Of a stretch of DNA of 64,000 nucleotides, positions 1 through 12,906 are shown piece after piece. Within the stretch, counting starts at the first letter, position 1; each line of letters begins with the position of its first letter. A program made the translations under genes and the position numbers. Source of the DNA: Octopus vulgaris (lineage: Eukaryota); assembly GCA_951406725.2 (NCBI GenBank), contig OX597831.1, positions 51,274,001-51,338,000 of the forward strand, read 5' to 3'. Below the pieces are notes generated by a model. The model ran no database searches. It was not told the origin of the DNA and was given only the letters and a program-made list of their open reading frames with translations.

Positions 1-445
1 CCAGCTTTGCAAGAATTCTAGTTCTAACACCTGCGCCCTTTTCGGCAGTAAGTTCTTGTGTAAAAATCAGGCATTTGAACATATCTGGCGTTAATTCATC
101 CAGCTTAAACTTCTCGCATTCCCTGTTTACTCTCCCAGCACCAGTGATGTAGTCCTCGTCGTTGTTTTTCTCTACGTTCAGACACTTCCAACGTGTGTTG
201 AACAATGAGCTTTTATCAGTGAAACTTTTACACAATGCATCTATTGTGTCATTAAAGCTTATGTCACAAAGGTTTTCTCGGGAGTACATAATTGCTATAA
301 CGCTCATGTTCTGCTGCTGCCAGTTTTCTTAAGATTAAGCGCGTTTTCATCTTGTTGTCCCAATCTTTACATTCTTTATCGTATCTTCTGTAGTATGCCT
401 CGAAGGTAACTCCTTCGTCTGGTTCATATTTGACTCTGTTATGGA
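1..445 (-). pseudogene. Gypsy/Ty3 LTR-retrotransposon gag fragment (K02A2.6-like), frameshifted
   Basis: ORF 264..668 ends YEPDEGVTFEAYYRRY...LILRKL...HERYSNYVLPRKP. After a frameshift near 265 it continues SFNDTIDALCKSFTDKSSLFNTRWKCLNVEK...VNRECEKFKL...DMFKCLIF, a recognisable invertebrate Gypsy gag motif. Confidence 0.75.
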
Positions 446-750
446 GTTCGCGACATGGTCTGGCGAGAACACTTTTTCTCACTTTCCTGATGACTACAGT
501 AATTGCTGCATTTGTTGCCGTAATATTATTTGTTGTTGTTGTTGCTTCTGATGTTGCTATTGCAATTGTATCTGTTGTTGTTGCTTCTGATGTTGCTATT
601 GCAATTGTATCTGTTGTTGTTGTTCTTTCAGATGTTGTCTTCTTCTTCTTCTTCCAATCAGGACTCACGCCATTAGAATAATCTCTAATTCGAGCCTACT
701 CTAAGCTACTAAGAATGCGTGTGGCAACTTGAAGATCCACCCACCAAAAG

Positions 751-947
751 GCAGAAGTAGGAAGAAAGAATGAGAGAAAGTTGTGATGAAAGAGTACAGC
801 GGGGTTCACCACTCCTCCCCGCTGGAGCCTCGTGGAGCTTAGATGTTTTTGCTCAATAAACACTCACAATGCCCGGTCTGGGAATCGAAACCGCATTCTT
901 ACGACCGCGAGTCCGCTGCCCTAACCACTGAGCCATTGCGCCTCCAC
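751..947 (-). mobile_element. tRNA-derived SINE
   Basis: Minus strand GGAGGCGCAATGGCTCAGTGGTTAGGG (A box) ... GGTTTCGATTCCC (B box); a second copy lies at about 41090-41280. Confidence 0.75.
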
Positions 948-1051
948 TCGTCCCCACTGTTATAATCCTTGTTACAACGCTCACTTTGGTATTCAGTATA
1001 CTTAGTAAAACCAGTAAAGACACAACTACCTCTGACCACCAACTACGCACT

Positions 1052-2732
1052 GATTTCTTTTATTTAGGTACATGGCCTTTATAAAAAGGGGACACCACAA
1101 GGACAGAGAAAACAATGCATGAGGTACATGCAAACATATAACGAATGAATGTGAATATGAAAATAATGAGAATGGAATGGCTTTTCTATCCCACAAAGTA
1201 AGAAGTTCCATTTTACTGTTTTTAAAATAATTAATTATTTTTCCAGTTTATATTGTGTTCGCAATGTCATACCATAAAATCCATCAAATTCGTCATATCG
1301 AAATCAAAGTTCGGTATTCTCTATTCTATCTCCAAATATTTCTCTTAACCTTCCCGCTCTATCATCCGCCAACAAAACCGCTTTCTGATTTCGGTTCTCC
1401 TCCTTGTCGGTCAGTTTGATCCTTATAACGCTTTTCATTTTGGAAATTCTCTTCTCTACTTCCACGCTCTTTCCATAACAAACCATCACTCTTTCGTGTT
1501 ATCCCTTCGGTGGCTTTCTCGGCTGTAGCACCTCACTCTCTACCACTGTTGCTAGTATTTCCGTCTCTGTTTGTTCCTCCTTCTCACTTTCAAGTCTCTT
1601 CTTCCGACTTTCCTCCACCTTACTAGTTGAAGACTCCGGTCTTTGTGTTCGTTCTTCCATTGGTGCCATTTTCATTCTTATTTTCCTCCGCCTTTCCTTT
1701 CTTTTTAGGTGGAGATTCCACGTTCTTTCTCTTTCTTTCTACCACTGTATACTCCTCCATTTCCTCCTCTGCAGTTGTAGTTTCTTCTTGCCGACTCTCT
1801 CCTTCTCCGCCTCCTCCCGTTCGCATTTCTGGGGACACTTTGCTTTCATGTGTACCCTTATCCCGCATACCGGAGGTCTCCCTCGCCACAACGATCCGCA
1901 TTCTCGTATCATCAGCCAGCACCAGCTCTTCTGCTATTTTATGAAGGTCTGGCAGGCCAATATGGATCAGAGCCCCCAGTCCATATCCCCAGCAGTTCAC
2001 CTCCGTCGTTTGGGACAACTTCAACACCTATGCGTCTTCCTCCGAGCTACATAGGACGGTTGCTACCAGCCACACCTCATCGACTTCTGGGAGCACCTAC
2101 CCATCCTTACCTTGGCCGCACATTTGCCGCAGTAAGAAGGTATAAGTGCCCACTTGTCTGATCTCAAAGGCACAGTGGAGTGTTTCCTCGCTTCTTCTTT
2201 ACTTCTGAAGCGCACCTCCACTGTGCCGTACTTCCTTCCTCTCGTGTAAACTGTCGTACTGTCTTTTATTTCTTGAAGGCACTCTTCTACTTCTTCCTCT
2301 GCTGCCACCTCCACTTTCCTTGTTAACACATTCAATGTTCTGCAAATTACAGTTCTCTTCTGTCCTGTCCAGCACTTATTCTTATTCTTCTGTCCTTTCC
2401 AGCACTCCTTCTTCAACAAAGTGCTACACTTTTTATAATTTGTGTCTCTCAATTGAATTTCGTGGACCCGCAGTGCCTCCTCTGCCAGGCCCCAACCGGT
2501 CACCGCAGCATAGCTTCCTGTTTGTCTCCCTTCCACGACGCTTCTATTTCTTACTCCACCCATAAATGGGGAAGAAAAAAACAATCCAGTAGAAAAACAA
2601 GTCAGTTAACAAAACAACTGCCACAATTCCAGAAAAAGACGGTTTCAACAATACAGCAAATCAACAAAATAACAGAACAACAACTCACATGGAGCGAACA
2701 CAAATACAACAACACCTGAGTGATTGACGACT
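1052..2732 (-). mobile_element. ORF1-only non-LTR retroelement (L1/Tx1-like), degenerate, with 10-bp TSD
   Basis: Direct repeat ACTACGCACT at 1042-1051 and 2733-2742. Minus-strand ORF pieces 2063..2584, 1623..2027 and 1304..1489 (SYAAV, YGTVEVRF, E/K-rich tail). The 3' end reads CCTAAATAAAAGAAATC. Confidence 0.6.
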
Positions 2733-2812
2733 ACTACGCACTATCGTACATCACAGACTTCTCTTTACTTATAGTGACCATGTTATTCCATTCGTTACTA
2801 ATTCCCTACAAC

Positions 2813-3420
2813 TGATGGATGGATGGATGGATGGATGGATGGACGGATGGACGGACGGACGGACGGACGGACGGATGGACGGATGGACGGATGGATGGAC
2901 GAATGGACGGATGTATGGATGGATGGACGGACGGACGGGTGGATGGATGGATGGATGGATGGATGGATGGATGGATGGATGGAAAACTCACAAACAACAA
3001 GAAGGTGGGTGGGATGAGCTGGGGAATAGACGGCCGTATAGCTGAGCGAACGGCTGGAAGAACGGGTGAATGGGATAACAGATGGATAGAGAGACTAATG
3101 CACGGTGGGAAGAACTGGATGTTTGGGTGGATGAGTGCTTGTTTGAATGGATGATGGATAGAGCGGCAGATGAATTGAGGAATTAATTGACTGAAGGATG
3201 AACAGCTGTAAGGCTGGATTGATAAATGTTCGCGTGGATGGTCTGAATGATCCATAGACAGTCGTACTGATTAACCGACAGACGGACGGATGGATGGATA
3301 GATGGATAGACTGACGGACAGAATGATAGACTGATGTACGAACTAACAGATGGAAGCATAGCTAGTGAGAGACACATTGATGGATCGACAGATGATTGAA
3401 TAGATTAGAGGATGGATTGA
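2813..3420. repeat. (ATGG)n/(ACGG)n microsatellite with degenerate extension
   Basis: Directly visible tetranucleotide array; explains the MDGW/HPSI ORFs. Confidence 0.95.
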
Positions 3421-3719
3421 ATGCTATATTCTTGATTGGATGCTTGCACAGCTAAGTTGAGCGAACTGGAGCAACATGAAATGAAGAGCCTTACTCAACG
3501 ATGCAACACACAGCCTGGTTCAGGAGTCAAACTCACCACCACATGATTGTGAGCCAGATGCTCTAACCTCTAAACCATGCGCCTTCTTAAATACTTACAA
3601 ATAACTTATTGTAAAGACATGGTGCAAAGTAATCTATACTAGTTTTCTTTGTTCGTTGTTTCTCCATTTCCCTACTAGTCCCACGCTGTGTGCGGTGAAA
3701 GCAAAATATATAAAGTAAC

Positions 3720-4212
3720 GGTAAAGCTACCTTCTCGAGTCATACCGACTCACAAGGGTCGGTTTCCCGGTTTCATAGCGTATATATTTATTTCTTAATT
3801 GCCCACGGGGGTCTAAACATAGGGGAGACAAACAAGGATAGACAAAGGGATTAAGCTGATTACATCGACTCCAGTTTGTAACTGGTACTTATTTAATCGA
3901 CCCCGAAAGGATGAAAGACAAAGTCGACCTCGGCGGAATTTGAACTCAGAACGTAACGGCAGACGAAATACCGCTACGCATTTCGCCCGGCGCGATAACG
4001 TCTCTGCCAGCTCACCGCCCTCATGGCGTATATATTCCTCACCTGGACGGGACACCGATCCGTCGCAGGATTACTCATTTTGCCAGCAGAGTGGACTTGA
4101 GCAACGTGAAATGAAGTGTTTTGCTCAATAATACGAGTCGCCTGTTTCAGGAATCGAAACCACAATCTTGCTATCATGAGTCCAGTACCCTAACCACTAA
4201 ACCACAAATCTC
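3720..4212 (-). mobile_element. tRNA-derived SINE interrupted by another common dispersed repeat (about 3790-4020)
   Basis: The ends match SINE copies at 35506-35755 and 43010-43258. The inner part matches the AACTGGTACTT..ATCGACCCCGAAAGGATGAAAG repeat also seen near 26100, 33780, 40180 and 44040. Confidence 0.65.
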
Positions 4213-4310
4213 CGCAATGCAAAATGAATGCGTTAAGGAAATTGAAAAGCTGTGTCCACTTAGATATATGCGCATGTACGTACGTAAGTCTGTGTAATAG
4301 ATCTTCAGGT

Positions 4311-4632
4311 TGTAGGGAATACGACCGTACGTAAGGAGTTGGTGACGGAGTGTCTCCTTTTAAACGCCGCATGATCGCCCCTAACAAAAATATATAGCCA
4401 CGATACATGGTATAAAGAATAAAGTGCCAAAGGAATAATGAGGACGACAACCGTTCTACTGTTTGAGAGAAGAAGACTTTATTTACAGAAGTGTACAATA
4501 AGAGAATAAGAGCGTCGAACTCCAGCCCGTGGTACAGCAGTGACGGACAAAGGTTTGATACAATAAACAGTAGTTGTACATTATGTTTTTATATATTCAT
4601 TTCGTGTACTTATTGGTTTTGTAGCCATAACA
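4311..4632. mobile_element. Short solo-LTR-like element
   Basis: TG...CA ends with flanks CAGGT/TAGGT. Bases 4320-4378 resemble the reverse complement of the end of the LTR at 12198-12266. Confidence 0.45.
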
Positions 4633-4656
4633 TAGGTAATTGTAGGTTAACCCTAA

Positions 4657-5170
4657 TCTATATATATAAAACTGTAGTTGTGTGAGTGTCTGTCCCCTTC
4701 GATTTAGATTCCTAACTACTCCCACATTTTGCGGTGCAGTTTAACCAAATTCGGGTATCTTATAGTCGTGATTCATATCGAGCCCGTCTGAGTATTAGCG
4801 CGCGTCTACGATGAGTCTACGATTTTAAAAATAATTTAACATCATTTTTTTATTCCATTTTAATGCATAATTTTTCGTGTGTCGATGGCGGCGGAGTTGG
4901 CGTCCATGGTCACACCTACACCTGTTTGCTTCTCCCCCTTCTTCCCTCCCTCGTGAAGCTGTGGGGAAGGGAGTGTAAGGAAATCAACGTCGTAAAGCGT
5001 TGTCAAGGAGACCAGCGTTCTTTCAGAACAACGACTTCATGGCTTGAAGACACCAAAACAGAAATGGCTAAGAAAGCCCGAATTGGCATCTATAAGGGAA
5101 GTAACTCTCTAAAAATGCTTATATAGCTATTTCTCTTACAAACCCGAGCAACGCCGGGCGATACTGCTAG
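4657..5170 (+). mobile_element. Non-autonomous Helitron
   Basis: A|TC start, subterminal hairpin CCCGAGCAACGCCGGG, CTAG|T end; homologous copies at 28657-29050 and 36885-37277. Confidence 0.85.
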
Positions 5171-6716
5171 TCCTTTATAAAAGGGAAGAAGTCTTATTAT
5201 GTATTGCATCACCTGTTGAGAATTGTCAGTTGATGCTGTCTTAACAGCTTCTCCGATATAGAAAGTGTAACCATGGATGGCAACATCGGATTCATTTCTT
5301 TGATGTCCGCCGTCATGGCGAATGTCATCAGCAAATTGTGTTTCCCTATTTCAAAGGAAACAACACGTAGTGTTAATTACCTTTCCCTATAACGAAACGC
5401 ACAACTGGATTTCTTCGCTGTTTAAGGGAAGCAACTCGTTATTCGGCTTTCCCTCGTGACCACGGGAAGTAACTCCAGCCTGACTAATGGAACGTTCCAT
5501 TTTCATTTTGAAATGTTGGGTTTAACGCTTAATTGACGTAAAACGACGCCAATTGAATTATAGAAACATCGTGGGAAGTGGATTACCTTTTTTTCAATGA
5601 AACAGCGTGAATGGGGGTTTTGTGATGTAATGCCATGTCATGTTACTTCACTTATAACAAGCTAATCCCAAGTGTTGTTAGCCCATCTTTTCTAACTGTC
5701 CCCAAGCCCGTGGGTCACTTTAAGTGAACACTTCTCGCAGACTGACCTCTTCGTCGTCGTCTCCTTTTTCTAAACCCTACAATTTTCATTGTATCCTTTA
5801 CAGTAACAGTCGTACGCTGTGTAGAAAGAAAGCAAAATGTATGTGTCCGCCAAAAAGCCAAAAATTTTATTTAATGAAAATATTTTCAGACGCAAAGTTG
5901 TGTGTTTTAAGGGATATTTAGCTGTTGTTTCTAGCACATCAAACGTCTTGACCCGAAACTCTACCAAATTGTTTTATTTTACTTTACTTTTTGTAGTGTT
6001 TTTTTTGTTATAGCTAGATTCTCTTTCCAAAGAAAACATTAAATAAACAAAGTAAAATGGTCGAGGTTGTATGTAATACTTTTGTATTATATTCTAATAA
6101 TCGAGAGTAAAGTTACGTATTGCATATTTATACAGAAATGGTCCGCGTCCGAGCGAGCGAGCGCGCGTGTGTGTCCGTCGGTGCGCGTTTTTCATTCATT
6201 TCGTACATATATCTTTCACTTTCTCTTCTCTTTCACTTTAAAACAAATTTTTACGGAAAATGTTTTAACGGAAATTAAAGGAGGGGGGTAGTTTCTGGAA
6301 AACAGAGTCTCAGATCAGACGGCCCACATAAGTAGGAATTTCTCCGTTTGGACGGAGATTTTTACCAATTTTTTTTCCAGCACAATCTTCGGAATGATGG
6401 GAGGCACCTTTTCACGAAGAAAAGAAGAAAATTAAAAAATTTTTTTTTTACTTCTGCCACCCCTCACTATCCCGTCCGGACCGATTTTGGTCTATTTTAT
6501 TTTTTCACCATGCATTTAAATCCCTCGAGAGAAATATTTTCGGTTTTAAAAAATGTTAATAATTTCAGAGGAAAATCTGAGATTTGGCTGTTGTTTCTAG
6601 CACATCGCAAGACCACCCTAGTTTTTTTTTCTCACTCAAATATGTATTGATGTTTTGCAATATTTTCCTCCATAAGCATATTTATGCTATAAAAAAAAAA
6701 TCAAAAATTTGAAAAT

Positions 6717-8956
6717 CCATGATTTTTTTAGCCCCACTTCCTACCCCCGATTGTTTCTGTTTATATAATTTTAAAATGTTGGAAAGCCTGAAAAGATTAT
6801 TGCTAGGATTTATTCAGAGTGATTTTAATAACACTGTGCACCTCTTCAGACAACGTTAATTTAACAAATCATTTGTTCAGGTCGTTCGGTAAAAGCTGAA
6901 CACTTGTACATCGTCTTTTATATATATCTATCTATATATAATTATATACATAATAGTTGTTGCCGGTAGATTTGATAGACGAATGCATTCTTCGAGTGTA
7001 TTACGATCTCGGCATTGTATGGCGAAAAGAAAATAATCGTCTGCATAGAGCTTCTGCAAATAATTTTTGTAATCGCACCGATCTCTAGTTCTTTATAAAA
7101 ACTTACCTGTCATCAGCAGAATTAATTAATGAAGCAGAGTTTCCATGACAACAAGCAGTTTCGGATTCCTTTGTGAGCACAGAGGCTTAAAATTCATTCA
7201 TATGCAACTTTTAATGCTCTTGTTTATTATTTAGTTGCAGAGATACCCAGCGTTACTCATGATTAAAATGGCATAGTTTTTCTTTATTCATTTACTTGTT
7301 TCAGTCATTTGGTTGTGACCATGCTGGAGCACCGCCTTTAATCGAACAGAATGAAAGAAAGAAAGACTGAAAAAAGGAGGAAGGGAGAAAGAGAGAAAAA
7401 AGACAGAAAGAGGGAGGGAGAAAAAAGAAAAAACGAAAGAGAGAGAAAGAACGAAAGAAAGAAAGAGGGAGAACGAAAAAAGAAAGAGGGAGGAGGGAAA
7501 AAGAAAGGAAGAAAGAAGGATGGAAAGAAGACATAGACTAAAAGAGAGGAACTGTTGCAGAGGGTGAGAGAGAATATGTGTGAGCAAGAGAGAATGAGAA
7601 AAGGAACCTCTTTTCTCGAGCTCTGGGCAAAAACTGTTGGCAGAATGGTTAGCATGCCGGACAAAATACTTAACAGCATTTCTTCGTCTTTACTTTCTAA
7701 GTTGAATTTCCGCCGAGGTCAACTTTGTTTTTCATACTTTCGAGATCGATAAAATAGGTACCAGTTGAGCCCTGGGATCGATACAATCGACTAGCCCTTT
7801 CTCAATAAATATTCTCTTATAGAAGCAGGTACGACTGCGGTTAAGAAGCTCGCTTTGCAGTCACGTGGTTTTGCATTCAGTCCTACTGCGTGATACGTTC
7901 GTCAAATGATTTCTACTATCGCCTCGGAACCGACTAATGCCTGGTCGGTGAAATTGGTAAAGAGAAACTGCGGAAGGCCTCAATGTATATATGTGTGTGT
8001 GTGTAGAGGAAAGCGAAGTCCTCTATCTCTCACTGTTGTGCACGCGAGGATAATAAAAATTACATTACTTTCAAACTCAATCGCGTATGTATTTGTCTTT
8101 TTTTGTATATATGTATGCCTACCTATTAATCTTTTCTTATTAATAAAATTGTTATAATGAAAACTGATCCCTTTATTATGAATTGGAATAGTCTATATCC
8201 GCTCCGCGAATCAACTTTAATCTGATAGAGTAAAGCAAATGGGTTTGAGATTGAAGTCTTTTTGGCTCCAGCTTGGGCACAATCGAATGAAGTAAATAAA
8301 TATATCTGTACACAGATTATATCACATCACTGAGGGATAAATAAAAATCAAGGATAAAGGTAAGAGGGAGAGGGATTATTCAGTCTGTTCTTTGTTTGAT
8401 TTACGGGGTGAGCGCGAACGCAGACCCCACACTTAGAAATAGCGCACCCGAGTCGCCCACATTTGGGGCGATCGCAAAGGTCAACCCAACCGGAGTGCAA
8501 TGGAAGGGCCTCACTCTGGGAGAACCACCTAGCTGATCATGGTTTACCCCTGTGCCAGGTAAGTATGATTATGCTAGTTGACATTTTTATTATATACATT
8601 TAATGGCAAAATCATTGACTGATTTTATATAAACAATATATTCGATTTTATTATTTACACTAAAAACAAATAAGACAATTTATTAAGTATTTTATTTAGT
8701 TCATCATTTATAATTGTTTGATATAAGTACTTTTATAGAATTTGCTTTTCTTGTCTATATTTTACAAATTTAAAAATTAAACTTTCTTTCATAACTGATT
8801 TCTCCAAGAATACGTCATTATTCAAGGGAGGTAATTGAGCAATTTTTTCTATTAATGAGTTTTAGTAAATCTTTGTTGTTGATGTTTTCATTCTTAATTT
8901 CCTCTTATCTTATCTTTGTTTGTTCTGTTATATTATCATAATTCAACACAGCTTAA
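6717..8956 (-). repeat. Left arm of inverted segmental duplication carrying U1 snRNA
   Basis: Reverse complement of 15187-17916 throughout (checked at both ends and internally), apart from indels. Confidence 0.95.
8404..8566 (-). ncRNA. U1: U1 spliceosomal snRNA (variant)
   Basis: 5' ATACTTACCTGG, U1A loop ATTGCACTCC, SL3 CCCCAAATGTGGG, SL4 GCGTTCGCGC; 163 nt. Confidence 0.95.
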
Positions 8957-9289
8957 ATGTCATACTGTTTACTGCTACATTCATGCGTCTCTCCTGCCGT
9001 TAAAAATTATATTTTAGCGAACCGAATTTCGCGACCTTATTTCGATTATAATTTCGAGCAACTTTTCTCTTTATTTTTCTCACGCTCAGTTACGAAATGA
9101 ATGAACAACGCACACAGACGGACACACATGTGCACGGACGGACACACGCAAACGCGAACGCGCTCGGACGCCGAGTCATTTCTGTATAAATATTCAATAC
9201 GTAACTTTACTCTCGATTATTATTAGAATATAATGCAAACGTAGGCTATGTTTCGTTATAACTCTCAAAGTTGTCAACGAACTGTCATC

Positions 9290-9452
9290 CGTATCAGCTG
9301 TTTTGTTCGTTAATTTCCGTAAATTATTTTTATTTATTTATTTTTGAAAGAGAGGAGAAAGTGAAAGATGTACGAGCGTGTATGTGTATGTGTGTGTGTG
9401 TGTGAAAGAAAGTGCCACTTACCGATGCATGAGAACACACACGTTCACTCAC

Positions 9453-9524
<72 letters not shown>

Positions 9525-9618
9525 GCACATGTACATACAAAAAAGATGTATGCATATGTATTGATGTATGTACGTATATATCACAACACACCCCTTCAGT
9601 CACTCTTTTTCTCCCTTC

Positions 9619-9657
<39 letters not shown>

Positions 9658-9752
9658 ATCCATTTCATATACACGTACATATATCTTACACTTTCTCTTC
9701 TCTTTCATTTTAAAAGAAATTTTTACGGGAATTAACGAACGCAGGTGACAGC
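9290..9752. mobile_element. MITE-like element with imperfect ~80-bp inverted ends and microsatellite interior
   Basis: GTTCGTTAATTTCCGTAAA...GAGAAAGTGAAAGAT pairs with ATCTTACACTTTCTC...TTTACGGGAATTAACGAAC. Confidence 0.5.
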
Positions 9753-9885
9753 TCTACAAGTCAAAACAAAAGATAAATTGTGTACGTTCCCAAATGCATA
9801 AACGCATCATACACGATGTAACGGTAATTTTGGATTCTTTTCGTTTCTTCCAATCACTCGAAGATTTTAAAATTCTCACTGAAAA

Positions 9886-10328
9886 GGATCTTTACCTTTT
9901 GACCGATAGATACTCTTTCAAACTTCGGACACTGGTAGAATGTGTCGTATAAAACATCTTTTACTCTTAGCATTTTAGAGAAAAACTTATATTTACGAAT
10001 TTATCTCACGTTAAAGTTGCCCTATTTCGGTAATTTCAACCAATCAATGACGTGCATACTACTGCTTTGGTCAACAAGAACTTCCAGCGGTGTATATTTC
10101 GTTTGTCACTGTTGTTTGACAACCCTAACCCTAAAACCGTAACCCTAACCCTAAAGCCCTATCCCTAAAACCTTAACCCTAAAACCTTAAAGCTAAAACC
10201 AGTACAAACGCACGAACGATGTCATAAATAACAGTGACAAACGAAAAATACACCGCCGATAGTTGTTGACAAACAATGGCAGTAATGTTATTCAGCTGAA
10301 TAAATATGTCAGTCAAAAGGTAAAGATC
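9886..10328. mobile_element. MITE (Merlin-like), TIR GGATCTTTACCTTTTGAC
   Basis: Perfect 18-bp TIR at both ends; internal degenerate (AACCCT)n. Confidence 0.7.
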
Positions 10329-10988
10329 CAAAATAAGTAGGCCAAAATCGGTCCGGGCTGGGATGGTGAGTGGGTGGCAGAAGTAAAAAAATTTTTTTTT
10401 AATTTTTCTTTTCTTCGTGAAAAGCTCCCTCCCGTCATTCCGAAGATTGTGCTGAAAAAAAATTGGTAAAAATCTCCGTCCAAACGGAGAAATTCCTACT
10501 TATGTGGGCCGTCTGATCTGAGACTCCGTTTTCCAGAAACTACCCCCCCCCCGCTCCCAAAAGATTTTGCCTACAAATTTCTTTGTAAACGTAATCTACA
10601 CCGTTTGAAAGGTATTTGTATAAACTTTCATTAAAAAATACCCATTTTCCTGAAAGTTACAAGGTGGAAATGTCGAGTCGTGAATTTTCCGAAACTCCTC
10701 TCCCCAACCCCTCGGAAAAATTCTTCCACCAAATCTTCACAAACACTCAATCTACAGGATCTCAGCGATTATTAGTTGAAAGTTTCGTTAAAAAGTATTC
10801 CTTTTTCTGGAACTTATGATGCCACAAAGTCGGTGGGGTATACATCTTGTTTGCTTTCATTAAATTCTTTTCTAAAAATAAAATCTATTTAATTTTCACG
10901 GTTCCTTTGTCTATGTAACAGAGTGTTTTTCTTCCTATTCCACGTAACCACATATGACCTATTGTGCTTACACTGAATTGCTGTTTTA

Positions 10989-11074
<86 letters not shown>

Positions 11075-11218
11075 TTCAGTAGTATTCTTTATTTTTAAAG
11101 GTGCAATTACTCTCTGGTCCTGGTATGCATTTAGTATGATCATCGAAACAATTCTTGCGGGATCTTTTCTGTTAGGCTGTCAAAATTTGGCACATTAATG
11201 TAGTTTTCCAAGCTGAAT

Positions 11219-12266
11219 TGTTGGGATTGTAGTGGAGCTTAGTGAAATTAATCTTCTCTCTCTCTGACATCTATAACACAAATACTGACGTAGCAGATAA
11301 CAGTTAGCCTTCGGCCGCTTAGGCCTAGTTGTGTCCACTACTCTGATTGGTTGGTTTTGGTGCAGTTTATCTCTTGCTTTATTTCGCGCCAATGTGCAAG
11401 CCAACCAATCGCAACCTTCTGATAAGGTCCCGTGACACTGTTTTTCTAAAGCTCGTTTGAGCCTCTAGATTGCTATAAAACCCAGCGATTCATCGAATCG
11501 AGCTTGTCTTTGGTTCTCACCACTGACCGCAGAGCATCCAGTGACACAGCCATGTTCCAGCGACCGCGATACCACTAGCAGTATTTCAGGGCCTTCACCA
11601 CAGTCGCCCTCACCTTAACGTCGCCTCCACCACCGTTGCCTTTCGACGCCACCAACATCAATACGTGCACAGCAACATCACCCAGGTTTAACTTCACGCT
11701 GTTTGTGAATACTCACCAAGGTTAATAGCTAGCTCAACCTGCGAGAACTTTCTGCACCAAGTAACCCAACACAGCATAGCATCCACAACCGCTTACTCAA
11801 CATGAGTTTCAACCGGCTCTGCTTTGTGACCTCAACCTCTTGTACAGAACTACAACTATTGCGTTCATTACTACGAACTGGTATTTATCTCCATCTTGTG
11901 TCAGATCTTATTCTAGCGTCCTGATAGACTCATTTCTATGCTCTGTATTTTATCCCACACGCCAACACCTTGTTTGTAGCACACATACGCATTATTGTAT
12001 GCATTTACGGCCTGTCTATTGTCTATTATTATTGTTCTTATTATATATGTACTTATGTCGAACACACAGACACACACTCTGCTATCCACATGTCAACACC
12101 TGAATAAAACCTTTCTCTTACATTCTACGGTTGTGTCGTCTTCTTATTCCTTCTTGGTACTTGTATTCATTTATTCATATTTTGGTTTTTATTGTAATGC
12201 GACCGTACGGTGTTTAAAGGAGTCATTCATTCGTCACCATCTCCTTTTCGCACGGTCGTTCTTACA
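11219..12266 (+). mobile_element. Solo LTR
   Basis: TG...CA termini with 4-bp TSD GAAT on both sides, TATA box CTATAAAA at about 11474 and AATAAA at about 12103. Confidence 0.65.
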
Positions 12267-12537
12267 GAATTATTTCACTTTTTCCAGAAAAATGTTTTTA
12301 AAAAGTTACAGAGGTTCAAAGTTTGATCATTTTCACCCAGTCAAGAAACAGGATTTGGAAGCTGTCATTTTGTGCGTGACTGCACATTTTGTCATCAACA
12401 TCCTGAACATAGTACGTGTTGTCAATATTTGCCTTCTATACGCGGAAAGCGAGTAAACAACACGTCTTTTGTAGTTTGAAGCATTCCATATGCATTTAAT
12501 GCGATAGCACGAACTTAAAAGATTTATCCAAAAAACG

Positions 12538-12906
12538 GGATCTTTTCGGTTTGAACGACAGTTTTTCCTAGCGGTGTCATATGAAATTGTCACCCATAAT
12601 TATGATCCTAGTATCGATCTATTGCATTTCAATCAGGGTTAGGGGTGGGGGAAGGGTATCTTTTTTTCTTCAGAAATGTAAATAAACCCAATCTGTTTCT
12701 TAAACGAGGGGCATATTCATACGGCGACGTCATTGATTGGTTGAAATTGCAGAAATTGAAGAAAAATAACAACAAATATCTTACAAACTATAGAATTTTC
12801 CCAATAAAGCCGAGAGAAAAAGACATTCTACCAGTATACAAAGTTTAGAAGTGGTTAGTTACGTGGAAATTATTTTTAAAAACTGCTGGTCAAACCGAAA
12901 AGATCC
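12538..12906. mobile_element. MITE (Merlin-like), TIR GGATCTTTTCGGTTTGA
   Basis: 17-bp TIR. Flanks AAAAAACG / CAAAAACG are consistent with an 8-9 bp TSD. Confidence 0.75.

Noticed and set aside
2806-3255. MDGW/HPSI-repeat ORFs
   Set aside because: Translations of an (ATGG)n microsatellite.
10120-10200. Interstitial telomere (AACCCT)n
   Set aside because: Short, degenerate and internal to a TIR-bounded MITE.
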